From assembly GCA_963845075.1 (NCBI GenBank), contig CAWJRE010000049.1:58047-122046 (forward strand): a stretch of DNA of 64,000 bases, given 5' to 3'. The DNA comes from an uncultured Alphaproteobacteria bacterium. Lineage in GTDB: Bacteria > Pseudomonadota > Alphaproteobacteria > Rhizobiales > Xanthobacteraceae. A model generated the notes under the pieces. The model did no database searches. It was not told where the DNA came from and saw only the letters and a list, made by a program, of their open reading frames with translations. Shown here in pieces: positions 7,838 through 17,012 of the stretch. The translations under genes were made by a program, and so were the position numbers. The first letter of the stretch is position 1. Each line of letters starts with the position of its first letter.

Positions 7838-8701
7838 TCAATCGCTTCCTCGGCGCGCGACAATTGGCGGCGCGATCCCTTTGCTCCGGATCGTGTGAAA
7901 GACTTTGAGCGCGGCCACATGCTCAGCCACGTCGTGAACGCGAAAGATCGAAGCTCCGCAGGCCAGTGCGGCGAGGCTTGCGGCTATTGTCCCGACGAGC
8001 GTGCCCTCAATCCCACCTTCGACCAACGAGCCCAAAAACGTCTTTCGCGAGACACCGACAAGAATGGGACGGCCAAAATCCAGAAGCTCATTGAGCCGGG
8101 CAATGACCTCGACGTTTTGCAATGCCGTCTTTCCGAATGCGATTCCCGGGTCAAGGACAATGCGCGCCCGAGCGATACCGGCCTTATCTGCCAACATCAG
8201 CGAATGAGCGAAAAATCGGCGGATATCGGCCACAATATCGATCGCAGCATCCTTCTGTATCCGATTATGCATGATCACGATGGCTGCTTCCGCCGCAGCG
8301 ACGGCCTCGGCCATGGCGGGATCCTTCTGCAAACCCCACACGTCGTTGACGAGAACGGCGCCGAGTTCGATTGCACGGGCGGCGACACTTGCCTTGTACG
8401 TATCGATCGAGAACGGCACCTCGCTGTCGCCGAGTGCTCTGAGCACATGCTCGACCCGCGCAAGCTCCTCGGTTTCTGAGACCGCAAGCGCGCCGGGCCG
8501 GGTTGATTCGCCGCCGATATCGACGATGTCGGCCCCTTCGGCGGCGAGCCGCCTGGCGTGCGACAACGCCGCATCCGTCGTCATGAACTGATTGCCGTCC
8601 GAGAAGGAGTCCGGGGTCAGATTGAGGATGCCCATGACGACCGGGCGGACGCCAATTTTAGCGAGGAATGCATCACGTTTGGCGCACTGCTCCGCGCGCA
8701 T
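7838..8701 (-). CDS. dihydropteroate synthase paralogue (pterin-binding domain) of the H4MPT gene set
   Basis: GILNLTPDSFSDG...DIVDIGGESTRPGA motifs. The start is chosen at ATG 8701 (the ORF track extends to 8770). Confidence 0.8.
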   Translation of the reverse strand: MRAEQCAKRDAFLAKIGVRPVVMGILNLTPDSFSDGNQFMTTDAALSHARRLAAEGADIVDIGGESTRPGALAVSETEELARVEHVLRALGDSEVPFSIDTYKASVAARAIELGAVLVNDVWGLQKDPAMAEAVAAAEAAIVIMHNRIQKDAAIDIVADIRRFFAHSLMLADKAGIARARIVLDPGIAFGKTALQNVEVIARLNELLDFGRPILVGVSRKTFLGSLVEGGIEGTLVGTIAASLAALACGASIFRVHDVAEHVAALKVFHTIRSKGIAPPIVARRGSD

Positions 8702-8921
8702 CGGCCTTTTCTTTCGAATGCGGATACTCGCAATGATAGCTCTTGATGGTCCACTTGGGATGCTCGCCAATCCATTGCGCCAGATACGGCTGAGCGCTCA
8801 TCACGCACTGTTTCAGCGAGAATTGGGAGCTGAATTCAAGACGCTGCTCTTCGCACTGGTCCGGATGCGCCAGAGCACAGACCGTGATGACGATCGCTAT
8901 CAGTTCCATTTCCGGCTCCAT
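8673..8921 (-). CDS. small conserved-looking hypothetical protein with N-terminal hydrophobic segment and 4 Cys
   Basis: 82-aa ORF (MELIAIVITVCALAHPDQCEEQ...). It lies between fhcC and the folP paralogue and overlaps the latter by 29 nt. Confidence 0.45.
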   Translation of the reverse strand: MEPEMELIAIVITVCALAHPDQCEEQRLEFSSQFSLKQCVMSAQPYLAQWIGEHPKWTIKSYHCEYPHSKEKADARGAVRQT

Positions 8922-8977
8922 CGAGATCTGCGTGATCTAATCACGAACTTGCACCGTGCAATTAGATCAGCAAACAG

Positions 8978-9793
8978 CTAGTTCGGGCTTCCGATAAATA
9001 TCTCGCCTTTTCCGAGAACGGCCATGTCGCCGGCAAGTCGCTGCAACGGTCGCCGCAGCAGCGTCGCGGCCTTTTTGCTGTAGGGATGAACAAATCCGGC
9101 CCAGAGGCGCATCGCCAGAAGCTCGTGAGATCCGCAATCCACGAACGTCGGCGAGATAGCCTCGCACCCAGCCCCAAGAACGATGCTGCCGCGCTTCATG
9201 AGGTAGCCGGGAAGCGGACCGGCCTTCTTCGCGACAAGAAGGGAGCCGGCGATCATGCGGCTGCCGGCATAAGCGCCCGCTTCACCTTCGATGACGATGG
9301 TCCCGCGGCGCATACGATCGCCGGCGCGTTCGCCGGCGCGGCCGCGAACAATAACGAGACCGCCGCGCATGCCGGCCATCTCGCCCGCCAAAGGCGCGGC
9401 GAGAAAAGCGCCCGTTGCGCCGCGAATTTCCAACAGACCGCCCTTCATGCCCGAAGCAGCCCACGGACCCGTATTGCCTCCGATCGTCAGACTGCCTCCG
9501 CTCATCAAACGCCCCGCCTGGGTACCGACGTCACCATCGACGAAAACTTCTCCGCCGGTCATGGCGTGCCCGATGCGGTCAAGGCGATCGCACGAGCCTT
9601 CAATGCGAATCCGCTCTGGGTCGCCCATCCGCAGACGAAACACATCGCCCACGCTGACCCGCCAGCGGGTTGTCTGCAGCTCGAGCCGCTCGATCTCGGC
9701 GATGCTTCGTCCGGAAATCAGGTGCGGCACGAGCGGCGAAAGGTCGAGCCGCTGCTCGGGACGCTGCCGCAAGATGAGCGTGAGCGGCTTCAT
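8978..9793 (-). CDS. fhcC: formyltransferase/hydrolase complex subunit C (formylmethanofuran dehydrogenase subunit C homologue)
   Basis: 271 aa with repeated G-rich beta-helix units (GGSLTIGGNTG, GGLLEIRGATG, GGLVIVRGRAG, GTIVIEGEAG). ATGA overlap with the fhcD stop. Confidence 0.88.
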   Translation of the reverse strand: MKPLTLILRQRPEQRLDLSPLVPHLISGRSIAEIERLELQTTRWRVSVGDVFRLRMGDPERIRIEGSCDRLDRIGHAMTGGEVFVDGDVGTQAGRLMSGGSLTIGGNTGPWAASGMKGGLLEIRGATGAFLAAPLAGEMAGMRGGLVIVRGRAGERAGDRMRRGTIVIEGEAGAYAGSRMIAGSLLVAKKAGPLPGYLMKRGSIVLGAGCEAISPTFVDCGSHELLAMRLWAGFVHPYSKKAATLLRRPLQRLAGDMAVLGKGEIFIGSPN

Positions 9794-10698
9794 GGCAGCA
9801 AATCCCGCAAATGATAGTGATGCGGCCCGAGCTTGCCGCCGTAATTTCCGGCGCTAATGCGTGTCGCACCGCGCTTAGGACCGAGCTTGACGATGGCAGC
9901 AATGCCGGCGCGCATCGCGGCCGCGACTGCCTCCGATGTCAGCCCATCGATGACGATTTCAAGCACCGCGCCGGCGTCGGCATCGAGCGACGTCGTCACG
10001 GCGCCACGCAACGTCGGGCAGTACGCCTCATTGGTCGACGCCAGCACGCCCTTGTATTTCGAGCCGACCTTGGAACCGGAACGCGCGATCCCGCCGGGAA
10101 AGGGCGCGATGACGTCCGGGACACGGGCGATGGCCGTCGCCGCCGCCTCCGCCGCAGCGCGTGTCGTCTCGGACGTGCGGCCAATGATGATGAGGTTGCC
10201 GCCGCCAACTGCTTTCTTCGTAACAGCCGTCGTGGCTTCGCAAACAAATTCGCCGTCCATGACGGGAATGCGCCAATAGTGTTTGCCGCCGAAACGCTTT
10301 GACACCTGCCAGCCGTCGCCGAAATAACGCAACGCATTGCCGAGCTTGAGCGCCTCTTCGCCCTCGATCCCGGCGTAGCATGCCGAACCGGGGCTCGTGA
10401 GCACGCACTGCCCTACCCGCGCCTGCAGCTGTTTTTGCAACTCGGTGGTCGACGTCGCGAACAGTAAAACCCGCACGCCCGGACGCCTGTCCGGGGTCCG
10501 CTTCGCGGTGAGTTCGCAATCGATCCCGGCCTCACATCCACAACCGATCACCGAGGTCGCAAAGCCCGTCATGGTGACGGCCGCTTGCCGTGCCCAGCGC
10601 GCCGTATCGGCAGTGATCGTCAGCGCGGTCGCGCGCATGCCAAAGGCTTCCGCGAACGTATCGTCGATCCGCACGCCTTTCACTGTCAGGACACGCAT
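9790..10698 (-). CDS. fhcD: formylmethanofuran--tetrahydromethanopterin N-formyltransferase
   Basis: 302 aa. N-terminus is Ftr-like: IDDTFAEAFGMRATALTITADTARWARQAA...GFATSVIGCGCEAGI. Confidence 0.9.
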   Translation of the reverse strand: MRVLTVKGVRIDDTFAEAFGMRATALTITADTARWARQAAVTMTGFATSVIGCGCEAGIDCELTAKRTPDRRPGVRVLLFATSTTELQKQLQARVGQCVLTSPGSACYAGIEGEEALKLGNALRYFGDGWQVSKRFGGKHYWRIPVMDGEFVCEATTAVTKKAVGGGNLIIIGRTSETTRAAAEAAATAIARVPDVIAPFPGGIARSGSKVGSKYKGVLASTNEAYCPTLRGAVTTSLDADAGAVLEIVIDGLTSEAVAAAMRAGIAAIVKLGPKRGATRISAGNYGGKLGPHHYHLRDLLP

Positions 10699-12320
10699 GG
10701 CACAAATTCGAACGGGTCCGGCCGCCCAAGCGCTTGTTCCGGGATTTTGAGAAACTCCAGAGCCAGGCCGTAGCGCTCCTCATAGTATGCATGCATCCGG
10801 CGCTCGATAGCGCGGTCGCGCTCAGGCTTGACCGTCAGCGCCCGGCCGAACCGGCAGCGCGTGATATTGCCGTCGCGAACGACAAGTTCGCCGTCCTTGA
10901 ACACGTAAGCCGCGGCGCGAAACATCCGCGCCCGATCTTTTGAATCTTCGTAGACCGCAACATCCGCTACCGCACCCGGGTCAAGACGGCCGCGATCGGT
11001 CAAGCCAAGCAACTTGGCCGGTGCCGAACGGGTCATAGTCGCAATCTCAGGCAACGTATATTCCCGTGTGATCGATGGCAGCGTCGTCACCGCCATTGCC
11101 GCCTGCGGCAGTTCCGCTATCCATTGCGCGCGCAAGTCTCTGCTCATCAACAGCGCGAAAATCTCCGGATAGGTCGTGAAATGGGCGCCATTGGGATGAT
11201 CGGTCGTGAAGAAAACCCGCGACGGATCCTCGATCAACAAGAACAACTCAAGTCCGACCGCCCATTGCACCGCATTGTAATAATCGTTGCGCCGATAATT
11301 GTAAGGAACGATGCCCGCGCCATTCGAATCGCCATCGAGGATCAGCCATTTTCGCGGGCTCGCGCGTCCACGCGCGTTGAACTGACGCAGCACGTCGGAT
11401 GAAATGGTCACGGTCTGCCCGAACATGACTTGACCGACGTCGATGGTAACGCTCTCGTTCGCGTTCACAGCCTCGGCCAGTAACGCGGCGGCGGAAGAAA
11501 AGCCGCGATCACCCTCCTTGCCGTAACCGTAGAACTGCAAATGGGCGAGATGCAGCGGCAGCCCTTCGGCGGCGGCGATAGTGGTCAGCGCAGTCTCGAC
11601 ATTGCCCGCAAGTCCGAGGTTGTTGCAATGCACGTGCAGCGGATGCGGAACGCCCAGCGCATCCACGGCCCGCTGGAGAGCCTTGACGATGGTTCGGGAG
11701 GACACTCCGTAAGACGGCACGATGTCGTCGAATGAAAACGAACGCACATTGTCTTTGAAAGCCGCAGCGCCGCCGGCATTGACCACCTTGATGCCGAGCC
11801 CGTGCGACATTTCGAGTGTCCACGCCACGTAATCTTCGATTGCCGCATTCCCTTCCTCGGCTTGCAGCAGACCAAGCAGATAATCGTCATTGCCGAGAAT
11901 GGTCAGGATCGCCTTGTCGATGATCGGCGTGTCGGCAAGCTCAAGATGCGCGTGCAAAGCATAGTGCGGCGATACCGCAGGCTCGACCACCGTGGTAAAT
12001 CCCATGGCGGCGTAAAGGCATCCGGTTTCAAAGGTGGAGCTTTGCGCCCGAGCCAGCGGCACAGCGGCGGCAGGTGACGTTCCGGGCTTACGCTTCTGCG
12101 ACAACAACAGCCGGGCCGTATTCACGTTCCAGCCGGCGATATGGGAGTGAATGTCGATGGCGCCCGCCATGACGATCTTTCCCGCCGCATCGTAGGTTGC
12201 GCCGGCAAGTGCGCCCGCAGGCGGCTCGACTATTCTGCCGTCGCGCATCCAGATGTCGCCGACCTCGTCGCGATCGTTCGCCGGGTCAATGATGCGTCCT
12301 CCGGCAATGCGCGTCAGCAT
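10686..12320 (-). CDS. fhcA: formyltransferase/hydrolase complex subunit A (amidohydrolase-fold FwdA homologue)
   Basis: 544 aa from ATG 12320 (MLTRIAGGRIIDPAND...), with IDIHSHIAGW metal-binding-type motifs. The start overlaps the fhcB stop (ATGCTGA). The ORF-track extension to 12470 lies inside fhcB. Confidence 0.9.
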   Translation of the reverse strand: MLTRIAGGRIIDPANDRDEVGDIWMRDGRIVEPPAGALAGATYDAAGKIVMAGAIDIHSHIAGWNVNTARLLLSQKRKPGTSPAAAVPLARAQSSTFETGCLYAAMGFTTVVEPAVSPHYALHAHLELADTPIIDKAILTILGNDDYLLGLLQAEEGNAAIEDYVAWTLEMSHGLGIKVVNAGGAAAFKDNVRSFSFDDIVPSYGVSSRTIVKALQRAVDALGVPHPLHVHCNNLGLAGNVETALTTIAAAEGLPLHLAHLQFYGYGKEGDRGFSSAAALLAEAVNANESVTIDVGQVMFGQTVTISSDVLRQFNARGRASPRKWLILDGDSNGAGIVPYNYRRNDYYNAVQWAVGLELFLLIEDPSRVFFTTDHPNGAHFTTYPEIFALLMSRDLRAQWIAELPQAAMAVTTLPSITREYTLPEIATMTRSAPAKLLGLTDRGRLDPGAVADVAVYEDSKDRARMFRAAAYVFKDGELVVRDGNITRCRFGRALTVKPERDRAIERRMHAYYEERYGLALEFLKIPEQALGRPDPFEFVPCVS

Positions 12321-13417
12321 GCAAGCTCCCGAGTGGCGGGCAAGGCAGCGATGATACGTGCGATCACCTCGGCCACAGAAATCGCGCCGCTTGGTTTTTT
12401 TGCTTCGACCGGTGCCAGCGTACCGGTCGAGGACAGGTGTTCGACGCCTGCATGATCGACGCCGGGGCACCCAACCGCGATGTGAACGCGCGGCGGCCTA
12501 TCAAAGTTCGCATCGCGAGCAGTCAGTGCGATCGTCGGCGATGCGGTTCGCCATGGCAGCGCAACCCCGCGGTACGCGGATATCCAAAGCAAACAATCCG
12601 CTTCTCCCTCGGAAACCACGCGATGACCGTCGAAAAGCCAAGGATCGTGCTCCGGGAATGTGCGCGCAAATCCTGTGCGCACCGGCAATCCGGTCATCCA
12701 GGCACAAGTCTGGGTGACCCCGATGGCATTGTCGGCGGCTGGGAGCGGCAGCCCGGAAAAGCGTGTCGCGGCGTTCAGATCGTTGAGCAAACCACACAGC
12801 ATTTCGATGGTCGGCGCATCCATTGCGGCCGCCGACCAAACAGCAACGCCAAATCGCGCTGCCTTCAGCGCAGTCGCGACTTGGTCAAGAATGCTCGATG
12901 GAACGCGCATTTTGCCGATAGGTCTATCGGCCAGGCGCGCGCGCAATGCGGCAAGGAGTGTCGGTATGTCCCGGCGCTGCCCTTTGACAACCACGGCAGA
13001 AGCCGGAACTGGCCAATCGCTCGCGGGGCATATGCAATAAATCCGGCGCTCAATCGGACTGCCGCCGTCACTTTGCGGCGGCGCCGCAAACAATTGCGAC
13101 GGCAGTTCCTGCCAGGCTTCGCCGAAGCCGGGGCCGATCAAGAGGAGCGTGTCGGCGCGCACGTGCACTTCGGTGGGTGTCGTTATCAACACGCCGGACG
13201 AGCGCATGACATCCAAATCGCGCAACACAACGTCCGAATGCATGTGATCGACGATCCCGCCGATCCGATCCGCCAGTGTTATCGCGGCGCGCGCGCCGGC
13301 AATATCCGTTCCCAGTCCTGCGATGAGTGGGCATCAACTCGACCCAAGAAGCTTGGCTGCCCCCTCGATAGCGGCATCGAGTGTTGCCGGCTGGCCTGCG
13401 ATCCACGCGTGCTCCAT
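12314..13417 (-). pseudogene. fhcB: formyltransferase/hydrolase complex subunit B (FwdB homologue) with an in-frame TGA at codon 28
   Basis: The ORF track starts at ATG 13243. The same frame upstream reads MEHAWIAGQPATLDAAIEGAAKLLGSS-TGA-CPLIAGLGTDIAGARAAITLADRIGGIVDH from ATG 13417 (GGAG upstream). The TGA is at 13336-13334. Confidence 0.85.
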
Positions 13418-13459
13418 CTCTCCGCTTCTCCATTGAAGACGGACACAAGTGCCGGCCGG

Positions 13460-13843
13460 TCAGTCGTCGTACTTGATATAGGCGAAGCGTTGATCTTTGT
13501 TTGGCGTACCTTCCAGCGCTCCGCCTTCGCTGGCCGGTCGCCAATGGACGACGTCCTCTATCTTCTTTGCCAGTTCGAAGTCCTTATCGGTAATTCCTTT
13601 GGCGGCGTGATTTTGCAGCCGGACTTCGACCCAGGCGTAGGATGCGGTGATATCCGGATGGTGCCAAGCGGCTTCGGCAAGATGACCAACAGTGTTGATC
13701 ACCATGAGCGTGCCTTTCCAGCTATTGGTGCGATATTTGCGGCGGATCCAACCGCTTTCGAGATACCAGTGCGGCAGGTCGCGTTTCAATCGCTGCTGTA
13801 TCTCTTCGTCGGAATAGGTTCGCTCATTGTTGGCTTCGGCCAT
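13460..13843 (-). CDS. pterin-4-alpha-carbinolamine dehydratase family protein
   Basis: 127 aa with PCD-like motifs (LPHWYLE...INTVGHLAEAAWHHPDI). It lies immediately upstream of fhcB. Confidence 0.8.
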   Translation of the reverse strand: MAEANNERTYSDEEIQQRLKRDLPHWYLESGWIRRKYRTNSWKGTLMVINTVGHLAEAAWHHPDITASYAWVEVRLQNHAAKGITDKDFELAKKIEDVVHWRPASEGGALEGTPNKDQRFAYIKYDD

Positions 13844-13958
13844 CGGCGTTCCCTTTGCTGGGCATTCCCTTTGCTAGTCTCGATTGTTCCGTCCCGATTG
13901 CCAATCGGCATTGGATGACGCAGTCTAGACTTGTCTTTGCGTTCGAAAAACCCGGCGC

Positions 13959-14978
13959 GTGCACAATTTCGGGAGCCGGCTCTTGGACGACGAGGTTTCA
14001 CAGCCGTGCGCCGTTACCGTGACAGTTCCTGCACGGTTGCATCTCGGCTTTCTTGATCTCAACGGAGGCCTTGGCCGTCGCTTTGGCGGTATCGGACTTG
14101 CGATCGGCGGCCTGGGAACCCGCCTGACGATCGAAAGAGCGGGCAAGAGCGAAGCCTCCGGCCCCGACGCCGATCGAGTCCTGCAGCATTTGCAAAAAAT
14201 CGAGCGATTGCTGTCGCTTCGCGGTGGACACCGCATAAGAGTTTCAGAAGTTGTTCCGGCCCATGCCGGTCTCGGCTCCGGCACGCAACTCGCGCTCGCC
14301 GTCGCCGCAGGCTTGCGCAGTCTCCACAATCTACCGCACGACGTCGCAGGTGATGCATTGCGTCTTGGACGCGGCGCGCGCTCAGGTATCGGCATCGGGC
14401 TCTTTTCGCGTGGCGGGCTCGTCGTCGACGGCGGTCGCGGCGATGGGGAGCGTCTCGCTCCGATCATTTGCCGTCTGCCTGTTCCGGAGGATTGGCGCAT
14501 CCTGGTGATCCTCGATCCGCAACGTCAAGGCATCCATGGACCGGAAGAAGGAGCCACCATGGCGGCCCTTCCCAGCATGTGCGCGGCGGACGCCGCCCGC
14601 TTGTGCCGGCTGGTCTTGATGCAGGCTCTGCCCGCGCTCGCCGATCACGATCTTGCGAACTTCGGCGCAGCGATCAAGGAATTGCAAATCGAGCTTGGCG
14701 ATTATTTCGCTCCCGCCCAGGGCGGCGCTCGCTTCATGAGTCCCGACGTTGCCGCCATCCTCGATATTCTTGACCGCGCCGGCGCATTCGGTGTCGGCCA
14801 AAGCTCTTGGGGACCGACAGGTTTTGCTTTTGCACAAACGCCGGACGAAGCCGCACGCCTCGCGATGATCGCAGCGCCACAAGCGCGCCGCAGAGGTCTG
14901 GACATTCGAGTTTGCCAGGCGCTCAATCGCGGCGCGCAGATCGTCGCCCACGCGTACTTGACCGAGTCCGATAAATAA
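13959..14978 (+). CDS. mptG: beta-ribofuranosylaminobenzene 5'-phosphate synthase (GHMP-kinase fold)
   Basis: 339 aa with VTVPARLHLGFLDLNGGLGRRFGGIGLAI and VPAHAGLGSGTQLALA motifs. The GTG start is uncertain. Confidence 0.8.
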   Translation: MHNFGSRLLDDEVSQPCAVTVTVPARLHLGFLDLNGGLGRRFGGIGLAIGGLGTRLTIERAGKSEASGPDADRVLQHLQKIERLLSLRGGHRIRVSEVVPAHAGLGSGTQLALAVAAGLRSLHNLPHDVAGDALRLGRGARSGIGIGLFSRGGLVVDGGRGDGERLAPIICRLPVPEDWRILVILDPQRQGIHGPEEGATMAALPSMCAADAARLCRLVLMQALPALADHDLANFGAAIKELQIELGDYFAPAQGGARFMSPDVAAILDILDRAGAFGVGQSSWGPTGFAFAQTPDEAARLAMIAAPQARRRGLDIRVCQALNRGAQIVAHAYLTESDK

Positions 14979-15001
14979 CATTGGCACTTTGTGAGGCGGG
15001 C

Positions 15002-15898
15002 ATGGCGGACAAGAACATTCTCCATATGCTGACACCGACCAAACATACGAGCCCTTTCGATGTGAACATGGCGCTCGACGCCGGTTACGACGCCGTCCTT
15101 ACCTACAACAATGTGACGCTGGATGACGTGACGGGCCTGGTGCAGGACGCGATATTTTCGCGACCACCGAAGGTCGGCGCGCGAACCGGAATGTTCTTTG
15201 GCGGCAAGAACGCCAGCCTCGCCCTCGACATGCTGGCGAAAGCCAAGAAGGCGCTCGTGCCGCCATTCGGCATTTCGTTCTTTGCCGATCCGGCCGGCTC
15301 GTTCACGACCGCGGCCGCGATGCTCGCTTGTGTCGAAAAACTCCTGAAGGAGAAAAAGAACTGCACACTCCAAGCGCGGAAAGTGGCCGTATTCGGCGCC
15401 ACCGGCGTGGTCGGCTATGCGGCAGGCGTCATTGCCGCGCTTGAAGGGGCGAACGTCACGCTGGTCGGCTACGACGGCCTCGAACGCGTCAGCAATAGCG
15501 CCAAGGAAATCAAGACAAGGTTCAATGTCGACGTGGGCGCAGCCGACGGCAGCGACGACAGCAAAAAGTCGGCGATCCTCGCGGACGCGGAGGTGGCGTT
15601 GTGCGCCGGCCGCGCCGGGGTTCGGATCCTGAGCGCCGCCCAACTTGCGGCGGCAAAACAGTTGTTGATCGCCGCCGACGTGAATGCGGTTCCGCCGCCC
15701 GGGATCGACGGCCTGGATATGCAGGCAAACGGCAGCGAGATCACCCCAAATGGCACGCTGGGCTTGGGGCCGCTCGCTATCGGCAACATCAAATACAAGA
15801 CCGAGTTCGGTCTGTTCCAGAAAATGATTTCGGCCACGAAGCCGACCGACTTCGATTTTCGCGGCGCGTTTGCGCTTGCGCGCGAACTCAATGGCTAA
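15002..15898 (+). CDS. mtdB: NAD(P)-dependent methylene-tetrahydromethanopterin dehydrogenase
   Basis: 298 aa from ATG 15002, with GAGG 7 nt upstream. It begins MADKNILHMLTPTKHTSPFDVNMALDAGYD and sits within the H4MPT operon. Confidence 0.85.
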   Translation: MADKNILHMLTPTKHTSPFDVNMALDAGYDAVLTYNNVTLDDVTGLVQDAIFSRPPKVGARTGMFFGGKNASLALDMLAKAKKALVPPFGISFFADPAGSFTTAAAMLACVEKLLKEKKNCTLQARKVAVFGATGVVGYAAGVIAALEGANVTLVGYDGLERVSNSAKEIKTRFNVDVGAADGSDDSKKSAILADAEVALCAGRAGVRILSAAQLAAAKQLLIAADVNAVPPPGIDGLDMQANGSEITPNGTLGLGPLAIGNIKYKTEFGLFQKMISATKPTDFDFRGAFALARELNG

Positions 15899-17012
15899 CG
15901 AAGCCGCTGTTCTCATTGTCGCTCTCTCCGGCCGCGCGCTAGCGGCGTCGGCGCGCCGTGGCGGTTATGTGCCGCTGGTGGCGGATGTGTTTGGCGATGT
16001 GGATACGCTCAACGCGGCGCACAGGTACGTGCGGTTCGCCGGCGGGCTTGCGTCGGGGATTGAGGAGCGTGATCTGATTGATGCGCTGCAAATATTGAGC
16101 GAAGGCCAGGAGCCTATCGGGGTCGTGTACGGAACCGGTTTCGAAGATAGGCCGCAGCTCCTGCAACGCATGGCCGAGCGCTGGCGATTGCTCGGCAACG
16201 GCGCCGATGTGGTTGCAAAACTCAAAACTCCAAAAATCTTTTCTTCGATCTGTTCCGATTTTGGTATTCCAACTCCGGAGATATCGCTGCCGGAACCGGC
16301 GGGCAGAGACGGCTGGCTCGCTAAGCGCCAAGGAGGCGCAGGCGGCGCGCATATCCAACCAGCGGACAATTCCGCGGACACGCGCGGCGCCATCTACTAT
16401 CAGCGAAGAGTGTCCGGTACGCCAATCGCGGCGTGCTTCCTTGCTGATGGAGAACGCGCTCGCGTTCTTGGATTTAGCGCACAATGGTCATCCCCCACTC
16501 CGCGTCAGCCCTATCGGTATGGCGGTGCGGTTCGACCTGCGCCGCTTGCGCCAGGTACGGCGGACAAGCTCATCGCAGCCGTTCAATGGATCGTCGGCGC
16601 AACGTCGCTTGTCGGGTTGAATAGTGCCGACTTCCTCGTCGACGGCGAACGCTTCTGGTTATTGGAAATCAATCCGCGGCCCGGTGCGACCCTCGACATC
16701 TTCGAAACCACCGAAACGAGTCTCTTCGCGCAGCATGTGGCAGCCTGCTCCGGCCAACTTGCCGCCGCATCAGGTTGCGCGGAGAATGCGAAGGCCGCCA
16801 GCATTGTCTATGCCGAAGAAGACATCGCCTCTGTTTCAGTATCGGCCTGGCCGGACTGGGTTGCCGATCTGCCTATGGCGGGATCTGCGATCAAAGCCGG
16901 TGACCCTGTTTGTACGGTCTATGCCTGCGACTTCGCGGCCGAAGCCGCAAGAGAGCTTGCCGAGAAGAGGCGGCAGGCGGTGCTCTCGTGGACGCGCGCG
17001 AGGAATTCATGA
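15891..17012 (+). CDS. ATP-grasp protein of the H4MPT-linked gene set (function unresolved)
   Basis: 373 aa from ATG 15891, which overlaps the mtdB stop (ATGGCTAA). It has the ATP-grasp-like end FWLLEINPRPGATLD. Confidence 0.7.
   Translation: MANEAAVLIVALSGRALAASARRGGYVPLVADVFGDVDTLNAAHRYVRFAGGLASGIEERDLIDALQILSEGQEPIGVVYGTGFEDRPQLLQRMAERWRLLGNGADVVAKLKTPKIFSSICSDFGIPTPEISLPEPAGRDGWLAKRQGGAGGAHIQPADNSADTRGAIYYQRRVSGTPIAACFLADGERARVLGFSAQWSSPTPRQPYRYGGAVRPAPLAPGTADKLIAAVQWIVGATSLVGLNSADFLVDGERFWLLEINPRPGATLDIFETTETSLFAQHVAACSGQLAAASGCAENAKAASIVYAEEDIASVSVSAWPDWVADLPMAGSAIKAGDPVCTVYACDFAAEAARELAEKRRQAVLSWTRARNS

Noticed and set aside
13290-13336. Selenocysteine recoding of the fhcB in-frame TGA
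   Set aside because: The only downstream pairing I can draw is a 4-bp CCCA/UGGG stem with a large loop, which is nothing like a bacterial SECIS. The position is not the metal-ligand Cys/Sec of FwdB-type proteins, and no sel genes are in the window.
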